A DNA stretch of 64,000 nucleotides from Candidatus Iainarchaeum sp. (GCA_026414365.1 JAOAJD010000001.1:167687-231686), one strand, 5' to 3'; positions 29,825 to 41,288 are shown, counted from the stretch's first letter. Notes: generated by a model not told the origin, from the sequence alone. Made by a program: numbers and translations.

Positions 29825-30382
29825 TTAAATCTTCAAATAATCTGAAGATATTTTTCTTCTCTCAAGAGAATTACAATTTTTACACCTTAAATAAACTCCC
29901 TCTCTACTTAATGTATGTCTACAATTAGTACAAAATGCTTTCACTACGCCTAAAGAGACATCTTTAGTAGTTAAGGTCACACTAAAATTTGTTATCTCTA
30001 CCACTCTAGCTTTAACAAGATCACCTATTCTAAAAAGATCACGTATGTCTTTTATGTAAAAATTTGCCATATTGTGAATAGGTAAAAAAGCATAAGAATT
30101 TGTTATTACTACCTCTTTTGAATCTTTGTAGGCTTTAAACAATCTCACTAAAGAAAAGAAATCTTTGTTTTTTTCTATAATACCTAAAACGACACAATCT
30201 AAATCTAAAGGCTCCAATTCTCGTGTTAACTTTCTAACGTTGGCTACTCTATTACTCATATCTTCTTCTTTTATGCCTATACTGTCCGAATATATTTTAT
30301 CATTATATTCAAACGTATTTCTACCCGGCAAAAATTCTTCACAATTTGATATAAAATAACCTGGCAAAACTTTATTACTCAT
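29825..30382 (-). CDS. csl4: exosome complex RNA-binding protein Csl4
   Basis: N-domain, S1 domain (IGDLVKARV), C-terminal Zn ribbon CTNCRH...CKNCN. Confidence 0.8.
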   Translation of the reverse strand: MSNKVLPGYFISNCEEFLPGRNTFEYNDKIYSDSIGIKEEDMSNRVANVRKLTRELEPLDLDCVVLGIIEKNKDFFSLVRLFKAYKDSKEVVITNSYAFLPIHNMANFYIKDIRDLFRIGDLVKARVVEITNFSVTLTTKDVSLGVVKAFCTNCRHTLSREGVYLRCKNCNSLERRKISSDYLKI

Positions 30383-30493
30383 TCAACACACTTTCAGATT
30401 ATAAAAATCAAATTAGTGAGAAAGTATTAAAAAGATAACAAAAAACAAGTTCATAACTCAATATTATTAAGAAGAATAGTTTAATAAATAATC

Positions 30494-31390
30494 ATGGTAT
30501 TAGAAGCACTTGAAACAATAGAAACAATAAAAAATAATTCTGCATTAACTGTATTGGTTGCCTTTGTTGTATCGACCTTTAGTATATTTACCTCATATTA
30601 TATGTTCTCAGAACATGCAAGTGTTCTATCTCTACTTTTTATAACAGTAGCTATGATGCCATTAGTGCATACCTTATTTTCTAAAGAAGAAGAAAAAGAA
30701 GTTGAAAAGCCTGGTTTTGCTCCTGGTTTTATAATTAGACATTTTACTCTCATAAAATTTTATTCATGGTTTTTTATTGGTTTGATTATAAGCTACTCTC
30801 TATTTTATGTTATCTTACCAAACGAAAAACCATTAAATTGCAAACAAACATTTAGTCTAACATGTATTATGCCACCAAAGCAAGCTATATTTAAAGAGCA
30901 GATAAAACAATTTTATGCAATAAGTGGTAGAGCTACCGAAGTTAACGAAACAACAATTGCATATGATGAATGTAAAAATCCAGAAACAAGAAGCTTTGAG
31001 AAATGCAGAGACTTTATCTTTTCAAATAATGTATATGTGATGGGTCTTCATGTGTTATTCTCTTTTTTATATGGTGCTGGGGCTATAGAACTTTTAGGTT
31101 GGAATGCCTCTGTATTAGCTACTTTTATAGGAAAAGAAATATCTGAAAATGATTTGAGTTCTGGAATTGCGCTAGCTATTGGCTATTTGCCTCACGGTAT
31201 TTTTGAAATAACTGCATACTTTATAGGTGCCATTGCTGGTGGTATAATATCTGCTGCGATCTCTAGAAGGAAATTTAGAACTTATGAATTTGAAATAATT
31301 GCGAAAGACGTTTTAGTTTTAATCTTATTATCTTACATTCTTTTGTACATAGGAGCATGGATAGAAAGTATGATAATAATGGCCCAATAA
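30494..31390 (+). CDS. SpoIIM-like (DUF95) integral membrane protein
   Basis: Multi-TM with LPHGIFEITAYFIGAIAGG motif typical of the SpoIIM/DUF95 family. Confidence 0.5.
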   Translation: MVLEALETIETIKNNSALTVLVAFVVSTFSIFTSYYMFSEHASVLSLLFITVAMMPLVHTLFSKEEEKEVEKPGFAPGFIIRHFTLIKFYSWFFIGLIISYSLFYVILPNEKPLNCKQTFSLTCIMPPKQAIFKEQIKQFYAISGRATEVNETTIAYDECKNPETRSFEKCRDFIFSNNVYVMGLHVLFSFLYGAGAIELLGWNASVLATFIGKEISENDLSSGIALAIGYLPHGIFEITAYFIGAIAGGIISAAISRRKFRTYEFEIIAKDVLVLILLSYILLYIGAWIESMIIMAQ

Positions 31391-31508
31391 CATTTATTTT
31401 TTAACTTTAATAGTAAATAAATAAAATAATTTTAAAAATTAAATTAAAAAACTAACAAAATTATTTTATCATTTCTATAATCTTCCGAAAAGATTAAAAC
31501 TTTCATTA

Positions 31509-32492
31509 TTATTTTTTCTTTCTTTTATCCTTTTTATCTGCTTTTTCCTTCTCTTCTAACTTGTCCAAAACTTCTTTTAGTTTTGGTTCGTAATATCTGA
31601 ACAATTCCTCAATCTCTTTAGAGTCTTGTTTTGTAGAAAGTTTTGAAGAAATAGAAGAAACCAAAGCACTTATCTCCATAGGAAAAACAAACTTAGTACT
31701 TTTGCCTTTACCAAGCTCTTCTAACGCTTTTATATAATAATAAGCCAAAGCCTTGTCACTTAATTTCTCTGCAGCTTGCCTAACTGCCTCAATTTCTGCC
31801 ATATGAGCCTCAGCTTGTTCCTGCCTAGCTTTTTTCTCATGGAAAGCCGCTTTAGATTTATGCATAGCATCCATTACCACATCTGGCACATCAACATCTT
31901 TTAATTCAACTGCTTCGCAGGTTATACCCCACTCTTTAGAAATTTCCTCAATTCCTTTTTTTAATTCTTGATTTATGTGATTAACATTAGAAATAACTTC
32001 ATCAAATGTCATAGATCCAATTATATCACGCACCCTTGCAATTACATATAGAATTGTTGCCTCTTTATAATCCTTAACTTCAACAACAGAATTAATTATA
32101 GATTGTTTGTCTTTCTTTACTTTTAAATAAACAACGGCATCGATTTTTAGCTCTACTTTGTCTTTTGTTATTACATCTTGTTTAGGAACATCCAAAGTTA
32201 TTACTCTTAAATCTACTAATCTATAAGTTTCAAAAGGTGGGAAAACAAAACACCAACCTGGACCAGAAACCCTGTTAACTCTACCAAATCTAAAAATAAC
32301 TACTCTCTCATATTCTTGCAATGTAAGAAGAAAATCGTATCTTATAATTAAAGCCAAGAATACCACTAAAAGTACGAGCCAAAGGATGTTTCTTGTTATT
32401 GTATCCTGAAAGTAAAAAAAGATGAATATGAGAAAAGCAAATGCTAAAATAATTGCAAAAAAAACAATTTCTTTTTTTTCTTCTACCTTCAA
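31509..32492 (-). CDS. SPFH/band-7 (stomatin/slipin) family protein
   Basis: N-terminal TM, EYERVVIFRFGRV...GPG core, coiled-coil, K-rich C-tail. Confidence 0.8.
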   Translation of the reverse strand: MKVEEKKEIVFFAIILAFAFLIFIFFYFQDTITRNILWLVLLVVFLALIIRYDFLLTLQEYERVVIFRFGRVNRVSGPGWCFVFPPFETYRLVDLRVITLDVPKQDVITKDKVELKIDAVVYLKVKKDKQSIINSVVEVKDYKEATILYVIARVRDIIGSMTFDEVISNVNHINQELKKGIEEISKEWGITCEAVELKDVDVPDVVMDAMHKSKAAFHEKKARQEQAEAHMAEIEAVRQAAEKLSDKALAYYYIKALEELGKGKSTKFVFPMEISALVSSISSKLSTKQDSKEIEELFRYYEPKLKEVLDKLEEKEKADKKDKRKKK

Positions 32493-32597
32493 AAAAACAC
32501 CGTAAAATTCAAAGCAAAAGAATTTAATTCTATAAAAAATAATAGTATGTTAGTGTATATAAATAATTAGTTGAAATAGAGAAAATAGAGTGAAACA

Positions 32598-33842
32598 ATG
32601 CCGAAAGAATATAAAAACATATTAATAATTTGTGTAGACAGAGACGATGATTTAGGTAAAAAGGCAGATATAGAAGGACCTATTGTAGGCAGAAAAGAAA
32701 ATCTAAACGCTGCAGCAAAACTTGCTTTGGCTGACCCTGAAGAATCTGATGCTAATTGTATTTTTGGAGCAATAAAAAAATATGATGAAATAAAGAAAAA
32801 ATACCCTAATACAGAAATCGTGACATTGACAGGAGCTTCGAAATTGGGTTTCGATTCAGATAGGAAGATAAACTCACAATTAGATGAAGTTTTGGAAAAA
32901 TTTAAACCAGATGGATTCGTGTTGGTTACTGATGGTGCAGAAGATGATCAAGTAATACCAATACTCCAGAGTAGAGCTCCAATAATATCTAAAGAAACAA
33001 TTTTAGTAAAGCAAGCAAAAGAAGTCGAAAGTACATATTATACAATAAAAGAAGTATTAAAAGATCCTGAAATTGCAAGAATAGTCTTTCTGATACCTGG
33101 AATCATAATTCTCATTTGGGGGGTATTATATTTTTTAAACTCAGAAAGATTTTTTTATCAAGCAATATCTTTTATTGTTGGTATTTATTTAATAATGAAA
33201 GGCAGTGGACTAGAAGAAATTATCGCATCAAATATAAAAAACGTTGTTTCTTCTTTTTCTCTTCAAAGAGTCAGTTTTCCATTCTATATCTTCTCAATTG
33301 CATTAATAATTTTTTTGGTTTACAATACATATTTCATAATTATAAAACCCCCTTATTCTAAAATCGAAGATAATCTAATTTATGCTTCTGAACAAAGTTT
33401 GTTGTTGTTGTCAATATCATCAATTAGTTTTATATTTGGCAAAGCAATAGATAGTGTACAACTAAAAAAAGCTATATTTTTAAGAACGTATTTTCTTTAC
33501 TCTACTGCTATAATAATACTCTGGTATTTTTTGGATGGAAGTGTAAAAGTTATTGCTGGTGAAGAATATGCTGATTTAAACTGGCTTATGCTTAGAGTAA
33601 TTATATGTTTTATATCCTCACTCTTAGCATTCAAAATTTCTACCTGGTTAGACATAAGCAAAAGAGTAACTAAGATATTAGTTGGATTACCAGTTTATGA
33701 CAAAGAAGGTAGATTAATAGGAAAAGTTGAAGAAATTGATAAGAATAAAAAAATAATAAAATATCTAAATTATAAGACTAAAGAAAAGATAGAAATTAAA
33801 GAAGGTTTATTTATTTTAAAAAAAGGAAAAATATTTGTTTAA
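32598..33842 (+). CDS. archaeal membrane protein (DUF373-like): soluble N-domain plus polytopic membrane domain
   Basis: N-terminal ILIICVDRDDDLG soluble region, multiple TMs, C-terminal soluble tail. Confidence 0.4.
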   Translation: MPKEYKNILIICVDRDDDLGKKADIEGPIVGRKENLNAAAKLALADPEESDANCIFGAIKKYDEIKKKYPNTEIVTLTGASKLGFDSDRKINSQLDEVLEKFKPDGFVLVTDGAEDDQVIPILQSRAPIISKETILVKQAKEVESTYYTIKEVLKDPEIARIVFLIPGIIILIWGVLYFLNSERFFYQAISFIVGIYLIMKGSGLEEIIASNIKNVVSSFSLQRVSFPFYIFSIALIIFLVYNTYFIIIKPPYSKIEDNLIYASEQSLLLLSISSISFIFGKAIDSVQLKKAIFLRTYFLYSTAIIILWYFLDGSVKVIAGEEYADLNWLMLRVIICFISSLLAFKISTWLDISKRVTKILVGLPVYDKEGRLIGKVEEIDKNKKIIKYLNYKTKEKIEIKEGLFILKKGKIFV

Positions 33843-33889
33843 TTTTACTGACCTTTATTATTATTAAAAATAGAATAACAAAGTTAATA

Positions 33890-35806
33890 TCATAATTGAT
33901 AAAGGCTCTTTAAATTATTAAGCAAAGATTTTTTCGCTTCACAATCTACAAAAGCATTTTCTATTACATCACTTAAATTAGAAGCCGCTATTAATTTTAT
34001 TTTTGAGATTTTCTCTTTGTTTATTATTACATCACCTAAATTTGACTTTGGGATTATTACTTCTTTTAATCCTGAATCTATAGCAGCTTCTACTTTTGCA
34101 GATACTCCTCCTACAGGTAAAACTTCTCCTCTAACACTCAAGCTACCCGTCATTGCAATACTCTGCTTTATAGGAATATTTTCCATTGCACTTATAACCG
34201 CAGTAGCAACTGAAACAGATGCAGAATCACCCTCTACTCCAGAATAACTCTGTAAAAACTGTACGTGTATATCATACTTTGAAATATCTTTGCCAGAAAG
34301 CTTCTTTATAATTGCAGAAACATTTTGAACTGCTTCTTTAGCTATCTCTCCTAACTTTCCCGTTGCAATAATCTTACCTTCTTCCTTAGAAGCCGCAGGA
34401 GCAACTTCTGCTTCTATTGGCATAACTATTCCTGCATCTCCCTCAGCTAAAACTGCCAGACCATTAACCCTACCAACCCTAGATCCTTTTGTAAGATAAA
34501 CATCATAATCTTTCTTTTCTTCCATATATTTAACAACCATCTGTTGTTCTAAAGTTTTTGCAGAAGCTTTTGCTTCTAACACATCTTCAACATCTACTAT
34601 ATTCTTACCTTTTGATTTAGCAATATCTCCTGCTGCTCTAACCAAACCACCCAAATCTCTAAGTTTTAAAGTAAATTTATTCTTTCTTCCAGATCTCCTT
34701 TTTGCCTCAAAAACTATTTGTTCAACTGCTTCTTTTGAGAAATGAGGAATCTTCCCATCTTTAACAACTTCTTGGGCAACAAATTGAACTAATTTTTTTC
34801 TATTCTGCTCATTATCAGGCATATCTAAATTCATATATATTTCGTATCCATATCCTCTAATCCTACTCCTTAAAGCAGGATGAACTTTTTCCAAATCTTC
34901 ATAATTACCTGCAGCAACTAATACAAAATCACATGGCACGGGATCTGTCCTTGTCATAGCACCTGAAGACATTTCGCTTTGACCCGTAATAGAATATTTC
35001 TTTTCTTGCATAGCAGTTAATAATTCTTGTTGACTTTTAGGACTTAATGTTGCAATTTCATCAATAAATAAAACACCTCCATTAGCTCTATGAATCATAC
35101 CTGGTTCTACCCTTAAGTGCGGTGGAGTCCCTAAACCACCACTTTGTAAAGGATCGTGTCTTACATCACCTAATAAAGCACCTGCTCTAGCACCTGTTGC
35201 CTCTAAAAATGGTGCTGATTTTTTATCTGAATTATCAACTAAAAGCTTAGGTTCTTCACTACCTGATTTGATTCTCATTTGTGCACCGAGTGAAAAAGCA
35301 ACTAATAAAAAACCTCCAACTACAATAGTAGCAGCATAAATATTGACATGCATTCCAAAGAAAGCGTATAAAATATAATTAACTATAAACCAACCCAAAG
35401 GAATCAAAATAGCTAAAAGTTTAGCACTGTCTTCTTCTTGCTTTGCATCCAATCTTGCTTTTTCTAAAATTTTTATTCCTTCACCAGCATCTACAACAAC
35501 AACCTTTGGATTGTTTGGATCTATTGGGTTTGGGTATATCAAAATATCTTTAAGTTTCTGCACAGGCAAAAGCTCCGCCATCGCTTGTGCTAACATACTT
35601 TTTCCTGTCCCTGGTAAACCAATAAGAAGTACGTTTCTTCTCTGTTCTGCGGCTTTTTTTATGAGCTCTACGGCTTTATCTTGACCTATTATTTGGTCAG
35701 CTAATTTATCTGGAATCTTTATCTCTGCTGTTGTCTTGAAATCAAAAAAATCTTTCGCAATTTTCTTTTTTACTGATTTTTTAGCAGTTGTCTTTGCAGG
35801 GGGCAT
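33890..35806 (-). CDS. lonB: archaeal membrane-bound Lon protease (LonB)
   Basis: AAA+ Walker A GLPGTGKSM split by two TM helices, C-terminal Lon protease domain with Ser-Lys dyad region (TGSLSVRGEV). Confidence 0.85.
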   Translation of the reverse strand: MPPAKTTAKKSVKKKIAKDFFDFKTTAEIKIPDKLADQIIGQDKAVELIKKAAEQRRNVLLIGLPGTGKSMLAQAMAELLPVQKLKDILIYPNPIDPNNPKVVVVDAGEGIKILEKARLDAKQEEDSAKLLAILIPLGWFIVNYILYAFFGMHVNIYAATIVVGGFLLVAFSLGAQMRIKSGSEEPKLLVDNSDKKSAPFLEATGARAGALLGDVRHDPLQSGGLGTPPHLRVEPGMIHRANGGVLFIDEIATLSPKSQQELLTAMQEKKYSITGQSEMSSGAMTRTDPVPCDFVLVAAGNYEDLEKVHPALRSRIRGYGYEIYMNLDMPDNEQNRKKLVQFVAQEVVKDGKIPHFSKEAVEQIVFEAKRRSGRKNKFTLKLRDLGGLVRAAGDIAKSKGKNIVDVEDVLEAKASAKTLEQQMVVKYMEEKKDYDVYLTKGSRVGRVNGLAVLAEGDAGIVMPIEAEVAPAASKEEGKIIATGKLGEIAKEAVQNVSAIIKKLSGKDISKYDIHVQFLQSYSGVEGDSASVSVATAVISAMENIPIKQSIAMTGSLSVRGEVLPVGGVSAKVEAAIDSGLKEVIIPKSNLGDVIINKEKISKIKLIAASNLSDVIENAFVDCEAKKSLLNNLKSLYQL

Positions 35807-36020
35807 AAATTAATTTTAAAATAAAAGTTTATTAAAATTGTTGCACATTTAAAAAATTAAAATATCTTTATATTTGTCTAAAATTTGTCTATCTAAGAAA
35901 TAACATTAGAGATAGTAATAAATAAGTAAATCAAATCCTGTTAAAATAAAAAAATATTAAAAAAACAATAGAGTCATAGAAAAAATAATATTAAATTAAA
36001 ATGGTGTAAAAATAATAACT

Positions 36021-36935
36021 ATGAAACCATTACAAATTGTCTTTTTAGGCACAGCTGCTTCTGTTCCAACAAGAGATAGAAATCTTAGCAGTATCGCTTT
36101 AAAATATTCTGGGAACTGGTTACTATTTGATTGTCCAGAAGGTACACAAAGACAAATGATGGCAACAAATGTTAGTTATATGAAGATAAAATATGTTTTT
36201 ATATCACATTTTCATGGAGATCATTTTTTAGGTTTGCCAGGCCTTTTAGCAACGATGAGTATGCATGGCAGAGAAGAAACTTTGACTATCTTTGGTCCTA
36301 AAGGAGTGGAAGATTATATAAAAAAAGCTGTAGAATTAAGTATGTTACAAATAAACTTCCAAATAAATTGTGTACAAATAAAAAGTGGAAGGATTCTAAA
36401 AGAGGATGAATATGAAATAAAAGCATTTAAGCTTAATCACGATGTACCTTGTTTCGGTTTTGTTTTTAAAGAGGAAGATAAATTAGGAGAATTTAAGAGA
36501 GACAAGGTAATTAAGTTAGGCATCCCAGAAGGACCTTTATGGAGGAAACTACAAAAGGGTGAAAATATAATCTATGGAGAGAAACAAATAAGACCTGAAG
36601 ATGTTTTAGACTTATCTAAAGCAAAAAAAGGAAAGAAAATTTCTATTGTGTTTGACACTAGAGCAAATTACAGCTATATTGAAGCAATTAAAGAATCAGA
36701 TATTCTAATACACGAAGCTTCATTCACTGAAGAATTAAAAAAAAGAGCTATAGAAACAAAACACAGTACTGCCTTAGAAGCCGCAAATATTGCAAAAGAA
36801 GCAAAAGTAAGAAAATTATATCTATTCCATATAAGTTCTCGATACAAAGACCCTTTAGAAATAGAGAACGAAGCTAAGAAAATGTTTGCCAATAGCTATG
36901 TAGCAAAAGATTTACTAAAAATAGAAATCTTGTGA
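36021..36935 (+). CDS. rnz: ribonuclease Z (tRNA 3' endonuclease)
   Basis: MBL motif ISHFHGDHF, GTA...P start, ~304 aa. Confidence 0.8.
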   Translation: MKPLQIVFLGTAASVPTRDRNLSSIALKYSGNWLLFDCPEGTQRQMMATNVSYMKIKYVFISHFHGDHFLGLPGLLATMSMHGREETLTIFGPKGVEDYIKKAVELSMLQINFQINCVQIKSGRILKEDEYEIKAFKLNHDVPCFGFVFKEEDKLGEFKRDKVIKLGIPEGPLWRKLQKGENIIYGEKQIRPEDVLDLSKAKKGKKISIVFDTRANYSYIEAIKESDILIHEASFTEELKKRAIETKHSTALEAANIAKEAKVRKLYLFHISSRYKDPLEIENEAKKMFANSYVAKDLLKIEIL

Positions 36936-37654
36936 TAGCAATGAAAATTAAGAAGGCTGTAATATTAGCTGCAGGAAAAGGCTTAAGATTAAGGCCATTA
37001 ACAGAAAACGTTCCTAAAACAATGGTAAAACTAAAAGGCAAACCAATATTAGAATGGATCTTAGACTCTCTTAATGATACTTCTTTCGAAGAAGTCATAA
37101 TAGTTGTTGGTTACAAAAAAGAGAATATAATTAATTATTTCGGAAATAAATATAAAAACTTAAAGATAAGTTATGTAGTCCAAGAAGAACAAAAAGGTAC
37201 TGCCCATGCTATTAGTCTTGTTGAAGGCAGAGTAGAAAAAAAATTTTTAGTAATGAATGGAGATGTCATTGCAAGTAGTAAATTAATTAGTGAGATTTCA
37301 GAATATGAACCTTGGGATGAATGGGATATAGTAATAGTAGGTAGAGAAGTTGACGATCCTTGGAGATATGGAATAATAAGTTTTGAAAATGAAAAAATAA
37401 ATGACATTGTGGAAAAACCGATGCCTGGAGAAGAACCATCTAAAATTGCAAATACAGGTATATATAGGTTTGATACAAAAATATTCTCTGCAATAAAGAT
37501 AACTCCTTTGAGCAGAAGGAACGAATATGAAATAACTGATTCTATTAAGATAATGATAAATTTAGGAGCAAAAGTAAAATTACTAATAAGTCAAGAGAAG
37601 ATTATTGATATAGGGACAAAACAAGATCTCGAAGAAGCTGAAAAATTGCTCTAA
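36932..37654 (+). CDS. sugar-phosphate nucleotidyltransferase (NTP-transferase family)
   Basis: AVILAAGKGLRLRPLTENVPK signature; GTG start overlapping rnz stop, or ATG at 36941. Confidence 0.65.
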   Translation: MIAMKIKKAVILAAGKGLRLRPLTENVPKTMVKLKGKPILEWILDSLNDTSFEEVIIVVGYKKENIINYFGNKYKNLKISYVVQEEQKGTAHAISLVEGRVEKKFLVMNGDVIASSKLISEISEYEPWDEWDIVIVGREVDDPWRYGIISFENEKINDIVEKPMPGEEPSKIANTGIYRFDTKIFSAIKITPLSRRNEYEITDSIKIMINLGAKVKLLISQEKIIDIGTKQDLEEAEKLL

Positions 37655-37677
37655 ACTATTTATAAGTTTTCAGAATT

Positions 37678-38382
37678 CTAAATTCTCTTACCTTTAGCTT
37701 TTGAAGTATCTAAAGTTTGACCGGGTTTCAGTATTATGGGTTCAGTTTTTAGAATACTTTTTTCTATTTTTATCTTAAACTCATTAGGGTCTGCCTTAAT
37801 ATCATCCCAAGTGTTATAATGCATGGGTATTACAAAATCAGGCTTTATCATTTTAGTGGCTCTAACTGCATCTACAACATCCATAGTATAACTACCACCT
37901 ATTGGCAACAATGCAACATTAGCACGTATCTTGGCAAAATAGTCCATTAAATCTGTGTCTCCTGCATGAAAAACCGACTCGTCTTTAATTCTTATCAAAT
38001 AACTTAATGGATAGAAAGAGGTTGGATGATGAGATGGAAAACATTCAATGAACACATCTTTAATATTCAAATTAGAAAAACTTTTCGCTGGTTTTAAAAT
38101 AGAGCTTGGTAAATTTAGTTCCTTTAGCAAATCCTCATTTCCCACGACAAAACACATATTCTTCCTTGCAACTTTTTCTACAAACTCTTTGTCAAAATGA
38201 TCAAAATGCTCGTGGGTTAACAAAATTAAATCTATTCCATTAATATGTTTATCAATATTTGGGCACCTAACAAGCTCTGTTAGTTTCTTTTCTGATTTAC
38301 AAGATACGAAAGGATCTATCAAAATGTTAAAACCATAAGATGAGATTTTAAAAAAAGCATGTCTGAAATAAGTTATCTTCAT
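37678..38382 (-). CDS. metallo-beta-lactamase-fold hydrolase
   Basis: LLTHEHFDHFD motif. Confidence 0.6.
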   Translation of the reverse strand: MKITYFRHAFFKISSYGFNILIDPFVSCKSEKKLTELVRCPNIDKHINGIDLILLTHEHFDHFDKEFVEKVARKNMCFVVGNEDLLKELNLPSSILKPAKSFSNLNIKDVFIECFPSHHPTSFYPLSYLIRIKDESVFHAGDTDLMDYFAKIRANVALLPIGGSYTMDVVDAVRATKMIKPDFVIPMHYNTWDDIKADPNEFKIKIEKSILKTEPIILKPGQTLDTSKAKGKRI

Positions 38383-38520
38383 CTCATCCCTAAATAAATT
38401 TGAGAGTGCAAAAAAATAAAAACAGTTTTATAAGTAAAATTAAAACACATTTTTAATTTATTTTTAAAATAGTAATTTTATAAACAACAAAGTAGAATTA
38501 TTTTATGTGAATGCAAAAAG

Positions 38521-39318
38521 GTGAAGGCATTGAGAAAAATCTTTTTTTTATTTATCCTATTTATTTCTTTTGTAATTTTCTCCCATAGTGTTATCTTAGA
38601 GAAGTTAGAAATAGAAGTAGAAGTGAACAAAGAAGGATATGCAACAGTAAAAGAGACTTATAAGATATCTTTTACGAATAGTTATGACGAATATAATTTT
38701 AATCAGATAAAAACAAAAAATGGATCTTCTTTAACTATGTGGAGTTTAGATTATAACTGGCTCTCCCCTAAATTTGGGAACTTAGCAGGACAAGAAATGC
38801 CAATAAGTAAATCAAATATGACTTTTGAAGAAAAGGAGAATAAAATAATAGTAAATTACGAACTATCAAAGCCAATTGCTTTCATTATGGAAAACAAACC
38901 AAGGGTATCGAATTGGCGTATTTATGATTCCTTCTTTCAAAAATTTATAAAAAACGATCTAATAAATATACCGCAAAACACAGTAGTTAATATAATATTG
39001 CCCAAAGAAGCATATATTGATAAAGATATTCTAACAAAGCAAGCAGTAGTGAATGAAAACATAATAACACTAACAGGAATTTCAACAAATTATATAAACA
39101 TAAGATATGAGATAAAGAAACCCATAGGAAGTTCTAACAGTATGATAGAAAATTTCTTGAGAAATACAACAATAGGTAACTTAATAATAATCCTATCTTT
39201 AATAACATTACTACTAATCTTTGTCTTTAGAAAGAGAATCAAAGAAAAGATAGAAAATTATATCGTAGAGCATACAGAATTTGAAATAAAAGAAATAGAA
39301 GAAGAAGTAGAAGCTTAA
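38521..39318 (+). CDS. hypothetical secreted protein with C-terminal membrane anchor
   Basis: N-terminal signal/TM (IFFLFILFISFVIF), C-terminal TM (IGNLIIILSLITLLLIFVF) then charged tail. Confidence 0.3.
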   Translation: MKALRKIFFLFILFISFVIFSHSVILEKLEIEVEVNKEGYATVKETYKISFTNSYDEYNFNQIKTKNGSSLTMWSLDYNWLSPKFGNLAGQEMPISKSNMTFEEKENKIIVNYELSKPIAFIMENKPRVSNWRIYDSFFQKFIKNDLINIPQNTVVNIILPKEAYIDKDILTKQAVVNENIITLTGISTNYINIRYEIKKPIGSSNSMIENFLRNTTIGNLIIILSLITLLLIFVFRKRIKEKIENYIVEHTEFEIKEIEEEVEA

Positions 39319-39743
39319 TCTTCTTGTGTTTTCTTTTTAAAGATTATTATTTTTTTTATTTCTGGATAAATCGCAGAGTTAAAAGGTATTTTAGAATAAG
39401 CTAGAACGTTTTGTATACTATAATCGTCAGTGATAACTAAGAAATTCTTATTCTTTTTTATAAAATCTAAAGCTAGAGCAACAACACTCAAATCCGCTTC
39501 AGAGATGGCGGTGTTAATTTCAGAAGCTTTCTTTTTGGCTTCAACTAATGATTTCTTTGAAGGAACTCTAATTTTTAATGTTTTGTTTTTTAGTGCATTA
39601 TCCACCAAAAGTTTACTTCTAAAATCCTTAAGTTCTAAAATTGTATTAGGAGTCATATAATAAGAAAATTCTTCAGAGAAAACAAAACTCTGACTGTTTA
39701 TTATTGCAGATGCATCTAATATCAAACAAAGTTTTCTTTTCAT
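39315..39743 (-). CDS. PIN-domain protein
   Basis: N-terminal LILDASAIIN (first conserved Asp of PIN), ~142 aa. Confidence 0.45.
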   Translation of the reverse strand: MKRKLCLILDASAIINSQSFVFSEEFSYYMTPNTILELKDFRSKLLVDNALKNKTLKIRVPSKKSLVEAKKKASEINTAISEADLSVVALALDFIKKNKNFLVITDDYSIQNVLAYSKIPFNSAIYPEIKKIIIFKKKTQED

Positions 39744-39824
39744 AAAAAGAGAAATTAAGAAAAGTAATTTAATAACTTTGAGTTTAATTAATTTTAACTA
39801 TTAGTTAATTAAAATGGTTGCATT

Positions 39825-41288
39825 ATGCAAGATATTGAAATAATTGCAAAAGAACTCAGTGAGATTGAAAGAAAAACAATTTTTGTTTTAGATAAAGATG
39901 TTTATAAAAATGTTGAAAATGTTGCAAAAGAAGCAAAGATTGACAATGACTCTGCAAGAAGAGCATTCGAATGGCTTGTATCAAAAAATCTTGTAGAATT
40001 GTCAATAAAAGAATACGAAAAGATTAGAACAACTGCTGCAGGAAACTCATCTATATCAAAAGGTCTGCCAGAAAGAATATTTATTGAGAAATTATTAGAA
40101 TTGGGTGGCAAAGCAGAGTTGGGAGAGTTAAAAAGAAAATCGTTATTGAATGAACCAGAATTTAATGCTGCAATGGGAATTGCTAAAAGAAATGCTTGGA
40201 TATCTGTTAGAAGGGAACAAGATAAAACAATGATTGAACTTACAGGTTTAGAGAATGAACTTTTAGAAGGTAAATATTATATCGAAAATGCGTTGTTAGA
40301 AATAAAAAATGGCAAAGAAGCAAATCAAAATATTTTAGAAGAACTTATTAGGAGGGGCCTTGTAGAAAAAGTAAAAATAATTGAAAAAGCAATAAAACTT
40401 AATGAAAACGGAGAAAGAGCAAGAGAAATTATATTGAAAACGAAAACAAGAAGCTTTGATGTTAGAGCAAAAGCACCTACAATCTATATAGGAAAGAAAC
40501 AGCCATATGTGCAATTTTTACTCAAAATAAGGAGAAAACTTGTAGAGCTTGGTTTTAAAGAGATGGATGCCCCATTAATAACACAAGAATTTTACAACTT
40601 TGATGTTTTGTTCCAACCACAGAATCATCCAGCTAGGTCTTGGACAGATACTTATCAATTGAAAAAACCTACAGCTGGGAAATTACCTAATTATAAAATA
40701 GTTAAAGCAGTCAAAGAAGCTCACGAAAATGGTGGCAATAGTGGTTCTAGAGGATGGGGTTACAAATGGGATGAAGAAATCGCAAAAAAATTGATGCCAT
40801 CTGCCCATGGCACTGCACACTCTGCAAGACAGTTGGTAAAAGGCATAGAAGTTCCTGGAAAATATTTCGCAATAGCAAGATGTTATAGACCTGATGTGAT
40901 GGATGCTTCACACCTAATCGAATTTAACCAATTAGAGGGTTTTATCGTTGGGGAGGAACTGAACTTTAGACATCTATTAGGAATGTTAAAAAGCTTTGCT
41001 ATAGAAATAGCAGGAGCTGAAAAAGTGAAATTCTATCCTGATTATTATCCTTTCACTGAACCATCAGTACAACTTTCTGCATACAACAAAGAATTAGGAT
41101 GGATCGAATTTGCAGGTGCAGGAATATTTAGACCAGAAATGATGAATGCATTAGGAATAAAGGAAACGGCAATAGCATGGGGCTTAGGAATAGATAGGCT
41201 GGCAATGTTTGCATTAAATATAAAAGATATGAGAAATTTGTTTTCACAAGACTTAAATTGGTTAAGAAATTCTAAGATGATAAAATGA
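39825..41288 (+). CDS. pheS: phenylalanine--tRNA ligase alpha subunit
   Basis: Class II aaRS motifs (FNQLEGFIVGE, FYPDYYPFTEPS, GAGIFRPEM), archaeal N-terminal wH domains. Confidence 0.9.
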   Translation: MQDIEIIAKELSEIERKTIFVLDKDVYKNVENVAKEAKIDNDSARRAFEWLVSKNLVELSIKEYEKIRTTAAGNSSISKGLPERIFIEKLLELGGKAELGELKRKSLLNEPEFNAAMGIAKRNAWISVRREQDKTMIELTGLENELLEGKYYIENALLEIKNGKEANQNILEELIRRGLVEKVKIIEKAIKLNENGERAREIILKTKTRSFDVRAKAPTIYIGKKQPYVQFLLKIRRKLVELGFKEMDAPLITQEFYNFDVLFQPQNHPARSWTDTYQLKKPTAGKLPNYKIVKAVKEAHENGGNSGSRGWGYKWDEEIAKKLMPSAHGTAHSARQLVKGIEVPGKYFAIARCYRPDVMDASHLIEFNQLEGFIVGEELNFRHLLGMLKSFAIEIAGAEKVKFYPDYYPFTEPSVQLSAYNKELGWIEFAGAGIFRPEMMNALGIKETAIAWGLGIDRLAMFALNIKDMRNLFSQDLNWLRNSKMIK